From Lingula anatina (lineage: Eukaryota > Animalia > Brachiopoda): a stretch of 64,000 bases of DNA. Under the pieces are notes generated by a model. That model saw only the letters and a program-made list of their open reading frames with translations, was not told the origin of the DNA and made no database searches. Location: positions 5,828,001 to 5,892,000 of the forward strand of contig JBPQGU010000016.1 of the NCBI GenBank assembly GCA_051362555.1, read 5' to 3'. The position numbers and the translations under genes were made by a program. Within the stretch, counting starts at the first letter, position 1; every line of letters begins with the position of its first letter. This document shows, piece after piece, positions 26,911 to 38,150 of this stretch.

Positions 26911-29900
26911 TTTTTTTTTTTTTTTTTGCATATTTTGAGAACTTTTGTTAATTGCATTTTATAGAGCTTGTCAAGCACAAGACTGGTGGTGGTGTTCATT
27001 TTTTGGGAGTGGGGTTTCCATGAGAATGCGCTAACTCCAGCTGGTGGTACAATATCCAGAGGCGGTATCGCCTCTCTGATCCTCTAGTTCCTTTAGTCTA
27101 TCCCTCACCTCTCTCCTGTGATTCAGTGCTATGTGAGGCCTTTGGTAGGTCATGTACACTGGATATTCTCTGCAATTAAACAATACTACGTTATCGCATT
27201 ACCTAAGGTCAACATCTAATGCTTACAGGTATTCTTGCCAAGATATTCCTACCAAATTGATTTTCCTTGTGAAAAAAAAAAACTGTGACTTGGCATCATG
27301 TAAAATATTGACAATTTTGTTTTTTTTTTTTGCTTGAAGCTGTGATATGCCATGGCTTGGACTTTGCAAGAATATAAAGTGCAGGAGGAAATGATGATGT
27401 AAAGAGTGCTTATTAAACAGATTTTACTGTTTTAAGGTCTTAATTGGGAAGGATAATAAGCTTTGCAGGTTAAAAATATGGCTTTGGGGCACTATCCAAC
27501 GCAGGCAGAGAACCTTTCATCATTTCTTTCCAAAAGACTTTTGACAAAGAGTTATAAACAATCAAAAAATAAAAAGCTAATCACTGACAGATCACAGCAG
27601 AAGTAAAAAGAAATGTATCTCTTGGAATTATTTACTACTACTACTACTACTTTTGCTGCTGCTACAATTACTACATCTTTGACCAATCAAAAATATTTCA
27701 ACTGAGCCAGACATAATTCTTACTGTAAGCTTACGTAATTCCATAAACTTGAATTTCAAATTTTATATTTCAGGACGTCATGGAAAAATACAAGAAACTC
27801 ACCTTTCAAAGTGTATTTTCTGAAAAGTAGCTGGCACACGTGCTAATGTTTCAAAATCCTCTGGATACTGTTCCCTGAATTCTTCAGCTACAACAAAGCA
27901 GTCAAGGAATATGCTTTCCCCTCCTGTTACTTCTGGGTCAAATCTAAAAAACAGTTGCCATTCATGTTGAAATAACTTCATCCATTTGATAAACTGTTAA
28001 AAAAAAAATAAAGTAATATTTTTTTAGACAAATGAAGGAAACCACCTGCAGTATGACACCTGATCTAACCCATTTTTAATATCATAATGCAAGATTTTTT
28101 ATTGGTCACATTTGGTGTTTCTGCTTTTTCATGTATCAGAAATAGCTTACTTTTTGGATCCCATTTGAATATATAATTTCCATTTCTATTGCAGCCAGAC
28201 TAGACAACAAGCAAGCAAGACTACAGGCATTTTCATTATTTTCAAATTAATAATAAACATTTTGAATGCCCCCATTCTTGGTGTTCATTTTGTTTATTAC
28301 CAGGAGGGGAGAAAAGTTCTTATTAATTAACCTGAAATATTTCAGAAGCATTCCATCTCACCTAACGCAATGCAGAAACTGGAGGCCTGGTGGTGACTCG
28401 TAGTACATCAAGTCCATGTGAAAGTCCAGGAAGGAACTGGAGTAGGCCACATTGATGGGTTCTGGGTTGGAGATCACATCAAACACCTAGTTGACAAATA
28501 ATATAATGTCAAAATTTGTACAACAAATAAATAATACTGTTCACATTTTGAATGCACTTCTGCTCTTTTATTGCTCACTTAATCCTGTTGGAGAAAAGAA
28601 CTATTGTGACAGTTTAAGACCATCTAGGCTAAAGAAAACAGACTTTAATCAAAAATTTGACAATTTTTTGATAATAAAAATATAAGTCTTAGATCCCATT
28701 TCCATAGACACAATTGGTCTGGGTAGATCCTTCAGGGACTCTCGCAAAGTGCAATCAGCTTAAGTGAATGACAAGCCTCTTCTTGTTTCTAACATACTGG
28801 TAAAATCACACATTTATTCCGCATAAACGTCAGGAGGAGGCGTGTTAATCTGTTAAACTGATTGCAATCAGCAAGATTCCCTGTAGACTTGGAAGTTCAA
28901 CTATTCCTACCTCCTCATATATAGTCTGCTGAAGTGGAAATATTTTCTCAGCCACCTATAATATATAAAAAATGAATCACTGTATTTCTTGCTATATCAA
29001 TATTCAATATCAATTTCAAATTTAAGTTGCAAGTATTTTTTTTTATTTATTTATTTTTTTTTGTCAATTTTGGTCCTGACATCAGTTCTCAACCTTAACT
29101 ATATTTTGTGGTGAACTTTTATCATTGCACCTATTACAAAAAGTTTATATCTTAGCAGCTCAACAGTAACACGGTGTGTATAGTAAACTGGCTCATAGCT
29201 CCCATTCACATATCAGTGATGAAATTCCATGGCCACTTTTCCAGCTACTTGTCTTACATTTTTGCATTTTAATGTCAGTAAAGAGCATTTAGTTGCTATC
29301 TCTTTAAAAAATCACCAATCAATATATTTATACTGGATGGTCATTATATACAATTACTATCTGATCAAATGGATAGAAAGCGCCATCATAAATACCCATT
29401 TTCAGGTTTACCAAAGTTTAAATAAAGCAGACTTGTATGTCATTCAAGGTCATGGACTTATATCAAAATGACCCCTTTATTTCCTGATTAAAGTAGAAAG
29501 ATAAACGAGAGAAGTAGAACGGACCACAGATAAGGTCGATATGATCAAAACTTTCTTTGGCTGACCCACTAAGCAACCAACCACAATAAGCTGATTGTGA
29601 ATTATTACATGTGCTATTTTTGGAAAATATCTCAACAATTTACCAAAACAGTAGTAATGCCTTCACAACTTTTTTAAGCCTGTGTCTCTTTTTATTATAT
29701 AAACAACTTAATTTGATTGAAAAGTTTGCCAGGTCAATTTATCTTTATGTAACAAGGGTAGCTATATAAAATAAAATCCAAAATTACTTAATTTTGACAA
29801 TGGAAATTCATTGACCTAAAATATTACACAACTACTCTGCAACAAGAATAATTTCTGAAATATTTGTCCTTCTGTATACTTCATTATATTACTGAAGTAA

Positions 29901-31253
29901 TCCTTTTAGCTTTAGTAATGATAATTCTAGTCACACTGATAAAGAATGTTCACACATGCTATCTTCCTGTGGCTTGCTTGTGAAAGTCTGATTATAATGA
30001 ATGAACACCATTCAGTAAGACACTGACATTTAACAAATTGGATCAAAACATGGCATATCCTTTAAGAAAGGCAATGTGTTACAGTTGATGTCTGCCCTTG
30101 CCCTGTATTTTGACTCTAAAGATATATCTTACAAAGGTTTAATGTGAAACAGTGAAAGCTGGTTACCCCCCTCCCCTCAATTAACCTTAGAGGGGTTTAA
30201 CAAGAGAAGGGGGAGGGAGATGTAACAGTGAACAATTTAACAATTAGCTCCAGTGCTATGATTTCAAGATGTTAAAACTACAGATGCAAAATGATATTGT
30301 TCAAAAGGTTTGTCAAAGTACAGTTTGGGCTATAATGTCACTGGGTAGGAATAAACTGTCTACTACTGACTTCATTATTAAAATTCAAGCATGCCTTCTT
30401 TGCTATAGAAGCTATTGCTATTGCTAGCTAATCTTAGTCTTGATATCTGTTCTGGCTATTCTGATAGAAGGTTATAAACCACACATTCATATTTAACATT
30501 GTATATGTAATTAAAACTAAGGTGTATATGCCGTGGGAGTTCCTAGTATTCTACCCACATGGAAAGGATAAAAGGATGATACTTTCTACCCACACTACCC
30601 CGACAGGAATGTACATTTCCTGCAAAACATGATCACTCACGACAGTCACTGCCAAAGCAGGATATCTGTGGCCTGCAAGTCCTTCATCAAATGAATATAA
30701 ACACAACATTTACACATTATAAAATTATTTAAGTTAAATTTAAAACTGCACCTTCCGGTAATGACGCAGTCCTTGAAGGTAATATATTAATAAAAGACGT
30801 AAATACAAGGAATGACGTAAATTTACTACGCACAAATATAACGACAAATCTCATCTATATACAGTAATTTGCGGGCTGCCAATAAAGTACACACAGGCTC
30901 AATAAAAACAGAATGGACGTAAAGTTACTGTGGGTGTCAACCTTAATGTAGAAAGATGAAATATTTGCTGAGTACTGCAAAACAGACCAAGATTCTAGTA
31001 AGTGGCTTGTAGTGTATTTTATTTAAAGTGAAAATAATATATGGATTTTTTTTATTTCTATTACTATTTCTAATAACTTGTAATCAAATTTCTGATATAT
31101 ATTTTGTACATATATATTAACTGAATAATTGTTATTATTATTATTAGTAGTAGTAGTAGTAGATATAATTACAATCAATACTGACTAATGACCATTCAAA
31201 CTTAAGGACATCTGAAACTGTGAATGGTTTGAAAAAATAGGAGGAATGACAAA

Positions 31254-31323
<70 letters not shown>

Positions 31324-32134
31324 TCCAATGTTATTTTTCTAAAAATTTTTTTTTACAATCTGTCATTTGCTTTATTTTTGCTTTGAAATCAATCTAAAAC
31401 AAATATTATACTGGTAAAAATGTTAATTGAACAAATGAACTCATCCAAAGTAATTAACTCTTTGTACAATATACTTAATACAATATACAAATATGGCGAC
31501 CCACTACAAAGCTTGCCGTCTAGTACGCTAATAGACACTGAATAGATATCCCGTGGGGAAGTTTTCAAGAGGGTCGGCCATATTTGACCCTCAGACTAGT
31601 TAGTCCACTGTTCTGAATGCGGCCATATAGAGATGTCTATTTTATGTGTGTATGATTACAAAAGAAAAGATTTATTCTCAAACAAGACAAGGAGAGAGAG
31701 ACACATGGGGGAAAACATTCTTCCTTATAAGCATTGTCTAGCTTGTTTGAAGCAGTTAGGGTTTGTTCACATGAAAAATCTATTTTCTAAAAATCTACTG
31801 CGCATGCATCAAGGTCTCAGAATCTCCTCCGAGCGCGGCCGAGAATTAATTACAGCTTTGGAAGTAACTGGCTCGCGCTGCCAGTAATTACGCCGTGGGG
31901 TATTCAGGGCACAGACAGTGATCACAAGATACCGCCAATAGATTTTTAGATTTTTAGAAAATAGATTTTTCATGTGAACGAACCCTTACTTCAGGCCTTT
32001 AAATGTCATTACCTGCTTCACAGTTCCTAACTGTGTGGGTACCTCCTTGACCAGACATATGCCTTCATCTACCAGGGCTGATAACCATCTGTGGAAGGAA
32101 ATACATCTTAATATGTAGTTACAGACACTTTCTG

Positions 32135-32203
<69 letters not shown>

Positions 32204-32520
32204 TTTGTCATTCCTCATATATATAATTTACAAAAATACATACCAATAATATAGAAATATATACTCAAAGCTCCTTCAAGTTCATGTAATGCATATGAGA
32301 GTACAATTAAACATACCTAAAATCAAATTTTTCAAATTACAAAACCACAGATTTTAATCCAAGCAAAAGAATAAGAAAAATTACAAAACCAAAGAGATTG
32401 AAAAAAGATTTACCTCAACAACCCTCTGTCATTAGCATTGACTTCATCATAGGTGACCTCTGGAATTTTATCCTACTGAAAATAATCAACTTGCTTAATA
32501 TCAAAAATGTGCATATTTAG

Positions 32521-32559
<39 letters not shown>

Positions 32560-35500
32560 AGAGTATGTATGCAAATGCACTACCCATCAGTACCATCTAG
32601 TTCATTATAGTATTAAATAGACTAACTTATAGGATAAACATATTATTCATGAAAGTTTGAAAATATTAACTCTGAATATAATCACTGCAATCACTTGGAA
32701 AATTTGGGAGGAAGGGGAGGGCTTGGTACTCAAACCTACAAATAAATTCCCCCCACTTTCTGCAGTGACATCTAGTGGAGTATGCCATGACTAAGATCAC
32801 GTGAAAAGCCCAAAAGCTTCATGGACTTTCAGTATGATTAAACAATGTAAATTTCATGAATAATTAATGCCATGAAATTGAATTGAAAACATTGTCAAAT
32901 CAAATTCTAAATAGAATTTGCCTTTTCTGCCTCACAGCAATTAAGAATCTTCCAGCTCCAACTCTTACCCATTTCCTGGATGTTTTCACTGACTGAGCTC
33001 TCTGTTCTATTGCCTCCTTGGAATAGCTGTTTTCTCTCAACATTTTCAGGGGAATTCTGCCGGTGTGATCTGGATCCTCATTCCAAACCAGACATAAATC
33101 AGCACCTTAAAACAGTTCTGAGATGTAGTTGATAAAATTACTAGTATAAGCTGCTTTTAATATGTTCCACCCCTATTAATCAGCCAACCCAACCCTATCA
33201 ATACCAACCAATCAATTATCAGGTATATTTTTGTCACATTTTTATTTAGTTACTCCTACTCAATCATTTCTGACATACATGTAATTTAAGGGTATATTTT
33301 CTAATACCATATCATGTTACAAAGAAAAAGAAAAATTCAATTATTAGTGGAGAAGAAATATTGCTATCTAACCTTATTTTTCAAAACTTTCATTTGTAAG
33401 TGTAATAAAACCATTCTACAGTTGTTCAGACATGCTGAAAACTTTTCAGAATGGCCGGACATTTGGACCGGCAGTAATGAAAAATTTGCCGGGCCGAATG
33501 GATTTTTGTCAGACCGAAAATCACTCTATTCGTTTGAGACAGATACTACCAGTACGATTAGGGTAGCTTACTTATTTTGTGAATGTGATAGGTTTGAAAC
33601 GGAAGGGAAAAACGCTTTGGGTTTTATATAATTTTATTAGTGACGTATGTCGAATGATGACTGTAAATTCAAAATTGTGGCTCTTAAAACTCTTGTCGGT
33701 CCTTTGGACCGACCAAGTCCAATTTTTTACCGGTCCAGACAAATTTTACTGGTCATGACCGATTGGACCGACAGTTTCAGCATGTCTGGTTGTTCTGAGA
33801 TTTGGAACACACAATGCATAGACCTAGCTGTCGCTATGAGGTTAATTTCACATCATGTGATCCAGGAAACCAGGTCATGTGAGCAATGAAACTAATAAAA
33901 GTCATTGACCTGATATAAGAAACCGTTAGTAACCTTACAAAGCGCACTCGTAATGAGAGTGACGGAAGGCTGCATCTCAGATTTATTAGATTCGATTCAT
34001 TAACCAATCAAGGTGACAACAGTACTAACTCCTAACCACATGACTTGTTTGCCAGACATATAAGTGAAGACAGGTTACGACATGAGCATTTAGCACCTCT
34101 GCCATAAGCTGTGTGACTTACAACTCCCAGTTGCAAAATTATTGCTACCATCTGACCAAAAGACATAGTGGTCCAGCGACAATTTTTGCGAAGAATTTAA
34201 TACATCAGACACCTGACCTCTAGGAAAGAGTACAGTATATAATTCCCGTACCTTCTCTAGACACAGACTTGATGGTCACTAGGGCTGGCATGGACAGTGG
34301 ATTGATGGTAATCTGACCACTATGAGGCTGTTTACACTGGTCACAGTGGCAGTTGTAACGCAACCAGGTTGAATTATACCTGGGAAGTTAAATAATATTA
34401 CTAGGTCGAATTATATCTCTTAAGGTAAATAATATTACCAGGTTTAATATGATAATACCTGTGAATTAAATTATATTACTAGGTTGAATAATATTACGAA
34501 TTTTAGAGAGATATGGTTGCATGTCAATGTTTAATATTTTGCATTTTAATTGATATCTACCTTCACAAACAAGTTACAACCAAGTACTGCAGTAAGAGAT
34601 CTGTATTTGTTTGCTGGAGTATGCATCAAAATCTTGCATCATTTTTTCCCCCTTACCTGTCTTCTTTGCCATCTTTCCACTGCAGAGAAACTGGAGTATG
34701 ATTTTGTCCATGTGATGAGGCAGAAAAGCAGTGCACAAGCACCCGGCCATACATAACTTGTATGAGAAAAGAAAACATCGAAAAATCTTGCATCATTTTT
34801 CCCCCCTTACCTGTCTTCTTTGCCATCTTTCCACTGCAGAGCAACTATTCTGGCGCTTGGTTCCACAGAGACACTGTCTAATACTGTGTCCTTGGGGGCC
34901 GTCTGTTGTAATAAGAAGTGAAAATCATACAAATATTAACAGTATGTAATAGTGCAAGATCTTATCTTGACTTTATATAACTGATAGAAGATGTGCTTTG
35001 AAAGTTACATATAAAGAATATAAATCATTTTGGAAAGTAGTGTAACTTTTAAAAATATTTCAACTGCGTTCTTCACATCCTTGATACATGTACATGTACG
35101 CTGAAAGACCAACATCAATTCTTTACAAATCCATATGAGTTTATGATAATATTCCAAAGAATTCCATATATTTCAAAGAATACTTACAGCTGTACAATAT
35201 GCAGTTTTCTGTTGGCAATAATTCTCCCTGTATAAATTCATTTTTGTTGGATTTCTGAATAACACCTCTGTATTTAGAAGAAATGAAAAACAAAACATTA
35301 TTTTAAAAAATAACTTACTGACGCCCTTGTCTGTAAATAACAGTCTCAATACAATGTACTAATAAACTGATAACTATTCAACACACAAGGCAGATTTTTT
35401 TTTTTTTTTTTTTGCTTGAAAAAATTAATCCACTCATAAGGTTATTGCACAAGGTAATACATTCAACCTTTTCAGACTGTCTACATGGCATGCAGTATAT

Positions 35501-35660
35501 GTATGATCATTCATGTTTTACCTTCACACTACTTGACATATATACTTATATCTATGAACTTACCCTGAGCGACACCCCAGGATGCCGCAGCATTGGAGCA
35601 CCTTGGCAATCTACAGAAGACATTTCTACAGACACAGAGAGCCAGTGCCTTGGACCCCAT
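23062..35660 (-). CDS. BBOX1: Gamma-butyrobetaine dioxygenase-like Fe(II)/2-oxoglutarate dioxygenase (BBOX1/TMLHE family), 458 aa, 15 coding exons
   Basis: Minus-strand exons: 35660-35564, 35267-35188, 34902-34811, 34379-34252, 33105-32969, 32472-32414, 32088-32013, 28955-28911, 28486-28362, 27943-27803, 27169-27109, 24587-24534, 24352-24284, 24026-23922, 23169-23062. They total 1377 nt and stay in frame. Motifs: Zn site WLRYNCHCDQC; NVAYSSSFLDFHMDLMYYESPPGLQFLHC (HxD); GGESIFLD; PGDLIVFNNRRVLHGRKAF (distal His); RHLQGCY. Exact orthology within the family is not established. Confidence 0.9.
23208..23740. mobile_element. Interspersed element with about 2.7 internal tandem repeats of about 162 bp (possibly HINE/MITE-like) in the last BBOX intron
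   Basis: agatcaggct.attttcaaactt.acctg occurs at 23437 and 23599, with a more diverged partial copy near 23320. There is a short hairpin ggcagcagagctgtc near the left end. Confidence 0.55.
24686..24880 (-). mobile_element. Possible SINE remnant
   Basis: A GC-richer island next to a (CT)n tract, with gacgtgtgggaagg on the minus strand resembling invertebrate SINE cores. No clear A and B boxes are visible. Confidence 0.3.
24986..27087 (+). mobile_element. Helentron-associated non-autonomous element (HINE / DINE-1 / pearl-like) carrying a satellite core of about 146 bp
   Basis: 5' subTIR and hairpin agtaccaccagcgt-gt-acgctggcggtact (24989-25018). An 18-bp GC-rich minisatellite (25047-25100). 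At least six repeats of about 146 bp (25800-26680) and a (TA)n tract. 3' subTIR gctggtggtac (27040-27050), stem-loop agaggcggtatcgcctct and terminal ctag. Both flanks are T-rich. Confidence 0.85.
31253..31319. repeat. (TG)n(AG)n compound microsatellite
   Basis: Directly visible. Similar tracts lie at 32136-32202 (CT/CA), 32523-32558 (GT), 57428-57496 (TA), 59796-59847 (ATTT) and 63440-63488 (C/CA). Confidence 0.95.
31759..31985. mobile_element. PIF/Harbinger (Tourist-like) MITE
   Basis: TIRs of about 39 bp: gggtttgttcacatgaaaaatctattttctaaaaatcta and tagatttttagaaaatagatttttcatgtgaacgaaccc. TTA occurs on both sides (31756-31758 and 31986-31988). Confidence 0.85.
33427..33788. mobile_element. 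MITE with CAG termini (hAT-like) and a 6-bp target-site duplication
   Basis: TIRs cagacatgctgaaa and tttcagcatgtctg. gttgtt directly flanks both ends. Subterminal ggaccg/ccgg motifs are present. Confidence 0.85.
34364..34495 (-). repeat. Degenerate tandem repeat (37-41 bp, about 3.5 copies) spanning the acceptor of BBOX coding exon 4
   Basis: Consecutive copies on the + strand: ccaggttgaattatacctgggaagttaaataatatta, ctaggtcgaattatatctcttaaggtaaataatatta, ccaggtttaatatgataatacctgtgaattaaattatatta, ctaggttgaata. Confidence 0.8.
34628..34687 (-). repeat. Near-perfect 60-bp copy of the BBOX coding exon 3 end, its donor and the intron start
   Basis: aaaatcttgcatcatttttt/ccccccttacctgtcttctttgccatctttccactgcagag is also present at 34782-34841. 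Confidence 0.92.
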
Positions 35661-36499
35661 TCTTCTGGAAACAAATAATATTTGTACAATATATCAAGAA
35701 CAAGTGGTAGTCTTCAGGAGAGGAATCGTGGCTGCCGTCTGCTGTCTGGTGAAGGCATTCACATCTTAACCTAGGTTATCTGACCCAGACTACAGTCTAT
35801 TTTTATTCATGACCAAATGCACCCCTCCAGTTTCAGGTTCAAAGAACGTTTGCAATGACCAACATATATGACATCTATCATTGCTTCTTCCATAAAGGGA
35901 AAAATAGTTTGGCTTTTGCACACTAAATCTTCTTACAATTTTCTGAAGATGGCTTTAAAAATTAATGTTTGGATCCACAAGAGGTAATTATCATCACTTT
36001 CTTCTTAAACTGACCCCCAAGGATGGATCTGTCTGATTTCGGTGATTTCACAGTTCAAAGGTTCAAGGGTCCAAAGGTTCATTTATCTAAAGTGTTTTTT
36101 TTTTTTTTCAATCCATGGGATTGCAGATATAATTATTCACTGATCGAAAACCTCGACTATATTGCTCAGGGGTTCACTGTTCTGTATAGTGTTAATATAA
36201 TAGCAATTGTTATCAGCAAAACTAGATCTTTCTCTGCACTTTTTTAACAATTAAATTAATGTATTAAAAGTAACTGTTTTTGGTTTAAAGCTTTATGGCC
36301 AATGGACAACAATCAAGACAGCGCAAAGTCTAGCAAATTAGGCTGTGTTCAGAATAGAAGTAATATTGTACTAGCAGGATTGATATATCTTAGCAGGGAT
36401 TATCACCAAGGCGCAGTCGATGTTATCAGCTTAATTATCTGATACACCCCCTCATAAAAAGTCCTTGGGTAAAGTTAGGAAAACTTTGTGGTCAATGAT

Positions 36500-36662
36500 C
36501 AGGGGCAGATCCAGGATTGTTTGAAGGGGAAGGTCCGCGGTTACCAAGCCGCCGCCGACCCCTGCCCCCACTTGGCGTGGGGTTTGGGGCCGGCTGAAGG
36601 GCCCCAAAAAATTTTGGTATTTCAGGACCCCCCCCTGACTCCAACCTCTAAATCCACCACTG
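36500..36662. mobile_element. GC-rich MITE (caggggcagatcc...aatccaccactg)
   Basis: Imperfect inverted termini around a GC-rich island in an AT-rich background. Confidence 0.7.
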
Positions 36663-36988
36663 ATCGAATGATGTTGTGCATGTTGCTTTGATGTCATAAC
36701 TCATATGGCAGACAGCTAATGTGGATATTTCCTGATGGAAATTTTTGAAGGCCCATTTTCATATAGGTGTGATGGTGAACTACTCGAGTCTTGGTTAAAA
36801 TATTTTAAGGCTGAAGGGTCTAGTTCTGATGAATTGCAGTCTAAAGGATAAAAGTACCAATGTTTTGAGTGTTACTTAAGTATTACTTTCTCAGTCAAAA
36901 TTACTGGTGCATTAAGTTGCAGAGATCGCTTAAAAGTGAAAACATGGCCCGCTTATAGCTGAATCTTGTCCTTATTTTACTCCTGTAT

Positions 36989-37156
36989 CAGGGGCGGATT
37001 GAGACCGTCTTCTGGGTCGTCCGGAAGATGGTCAGAGTTTAAAGTTTACATTGACGGGTATCTTTTTTTTTTTCTGTCTGAAGACGGTCAAAAATGGAGG
37101 ATGGATCAACAAATATAATTTGGAAGACTGTCAGAAATAAATCTAATCTGCCCCTG
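36989..37156. mobile_element. MITE with CAGGGGC termini and a 6-bp target-site duplication
   Basis: Termini caggggcggatt and aatctgcccctg, flanked by ctgtat on both sides. A second copy lies at 12783-12944. Confidence 0.85.
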
Positions 37157-37549
37157 CTGTATGACAATATAATACCAAACAATAGAGTTTATTTCATGTT
37201 GGAAAGTTTATCCTAGAATGTACCTTAACTGCTACCCAACAACCAAAACATGTAACAGGTACGTAATCAACTTTCAGACCAATGAACCTTTGCTTCTCTC
37301 TCAAACCCCCACCCTCACTTTTAAGTTTTGCCTACATGTACATAGTGCCAAAAGACAAACGGGAGAAATGTTGGAACGTATGCCAGCCAGTGAAATGTCG
37401 GCCTACTACATGTATTTGTATGTCATCTCAGTGTGTCCATATGTTCCTGTGGGCCTCCCTCCTTATTATACAGTCAATATTGATACCTGGACAACCTTCA
37501 CTGATCCATGCTACCTTCACCAGCCCAGGTGTAAGTTAACTGATGAAGT

Positions 37550-38150
37550 TACCTGTTTTAACACATGACTGACCACAGCACGTGTTGCATAATGGCTGTC
37601 TAGACGGCTGATAAGGTCCGAGATCCACTGATACGGTGCGGTGACCGAGGTCAACTAGTAAAGGGCCTCCATGATATTCTACAGCCAGACATGGAAACTT
37701 TTTATAGTTGACATTGATGCGCCATTTTCTCTTTATTACAAATGTTTTATAATTGAAATAAATCGATGGTTATCGATCTCAATATGGTGTCGAAACGAGG
37801 CTTCGTTGTTTCACGAGTCCAGAGAAATGCAGAAAAACAGATAGATCTACAAGAAGAATATAGTCTTGATAAATATTTTAACGTTACTCATACATCTTTC
37901 TTCTCCTCATTGTATTGCTAACTGGGCAGTTACCTTGGTGTTTTGACAACAGCACATTCAAACGCCGATCACTTACCTGAGACACAATTAATTACCAATG
38001 ATGACCGGTAAGGTTATTTCTAGCAGCTAGCTTTCCATGGCTTGTTTACGTAGAATGCGATAGTTGAGACAAAGTTGAGACAGTCGCAATGCAATCGATT
38101 CTATCCACCGTAAATATCCCAGCAGTACTAACACGTGCTCCTCGTAAATT
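37550..38150 (-). promoter_or_regulatory. Probable BBOX promoter and non-coding first exon(s)
   Basis: The ATG exon has an acceptor 4 nt upstream of the ATG (ttccag|aagaATG), so an upstream UTR exon is expected. Minus-strand donor consensus sites are cag|gtaact near 37552 and cag|gtaagt near 37977. CpG frequency rises in this interval. Confidence 0.45.

Noticed and set aside
37969-37985. ACTTACCTG resembling the U1 snRNA 5' end
   Set aside because: The downstream sequence does not resemble U1. It is better explained as a minus-strand splice donor.
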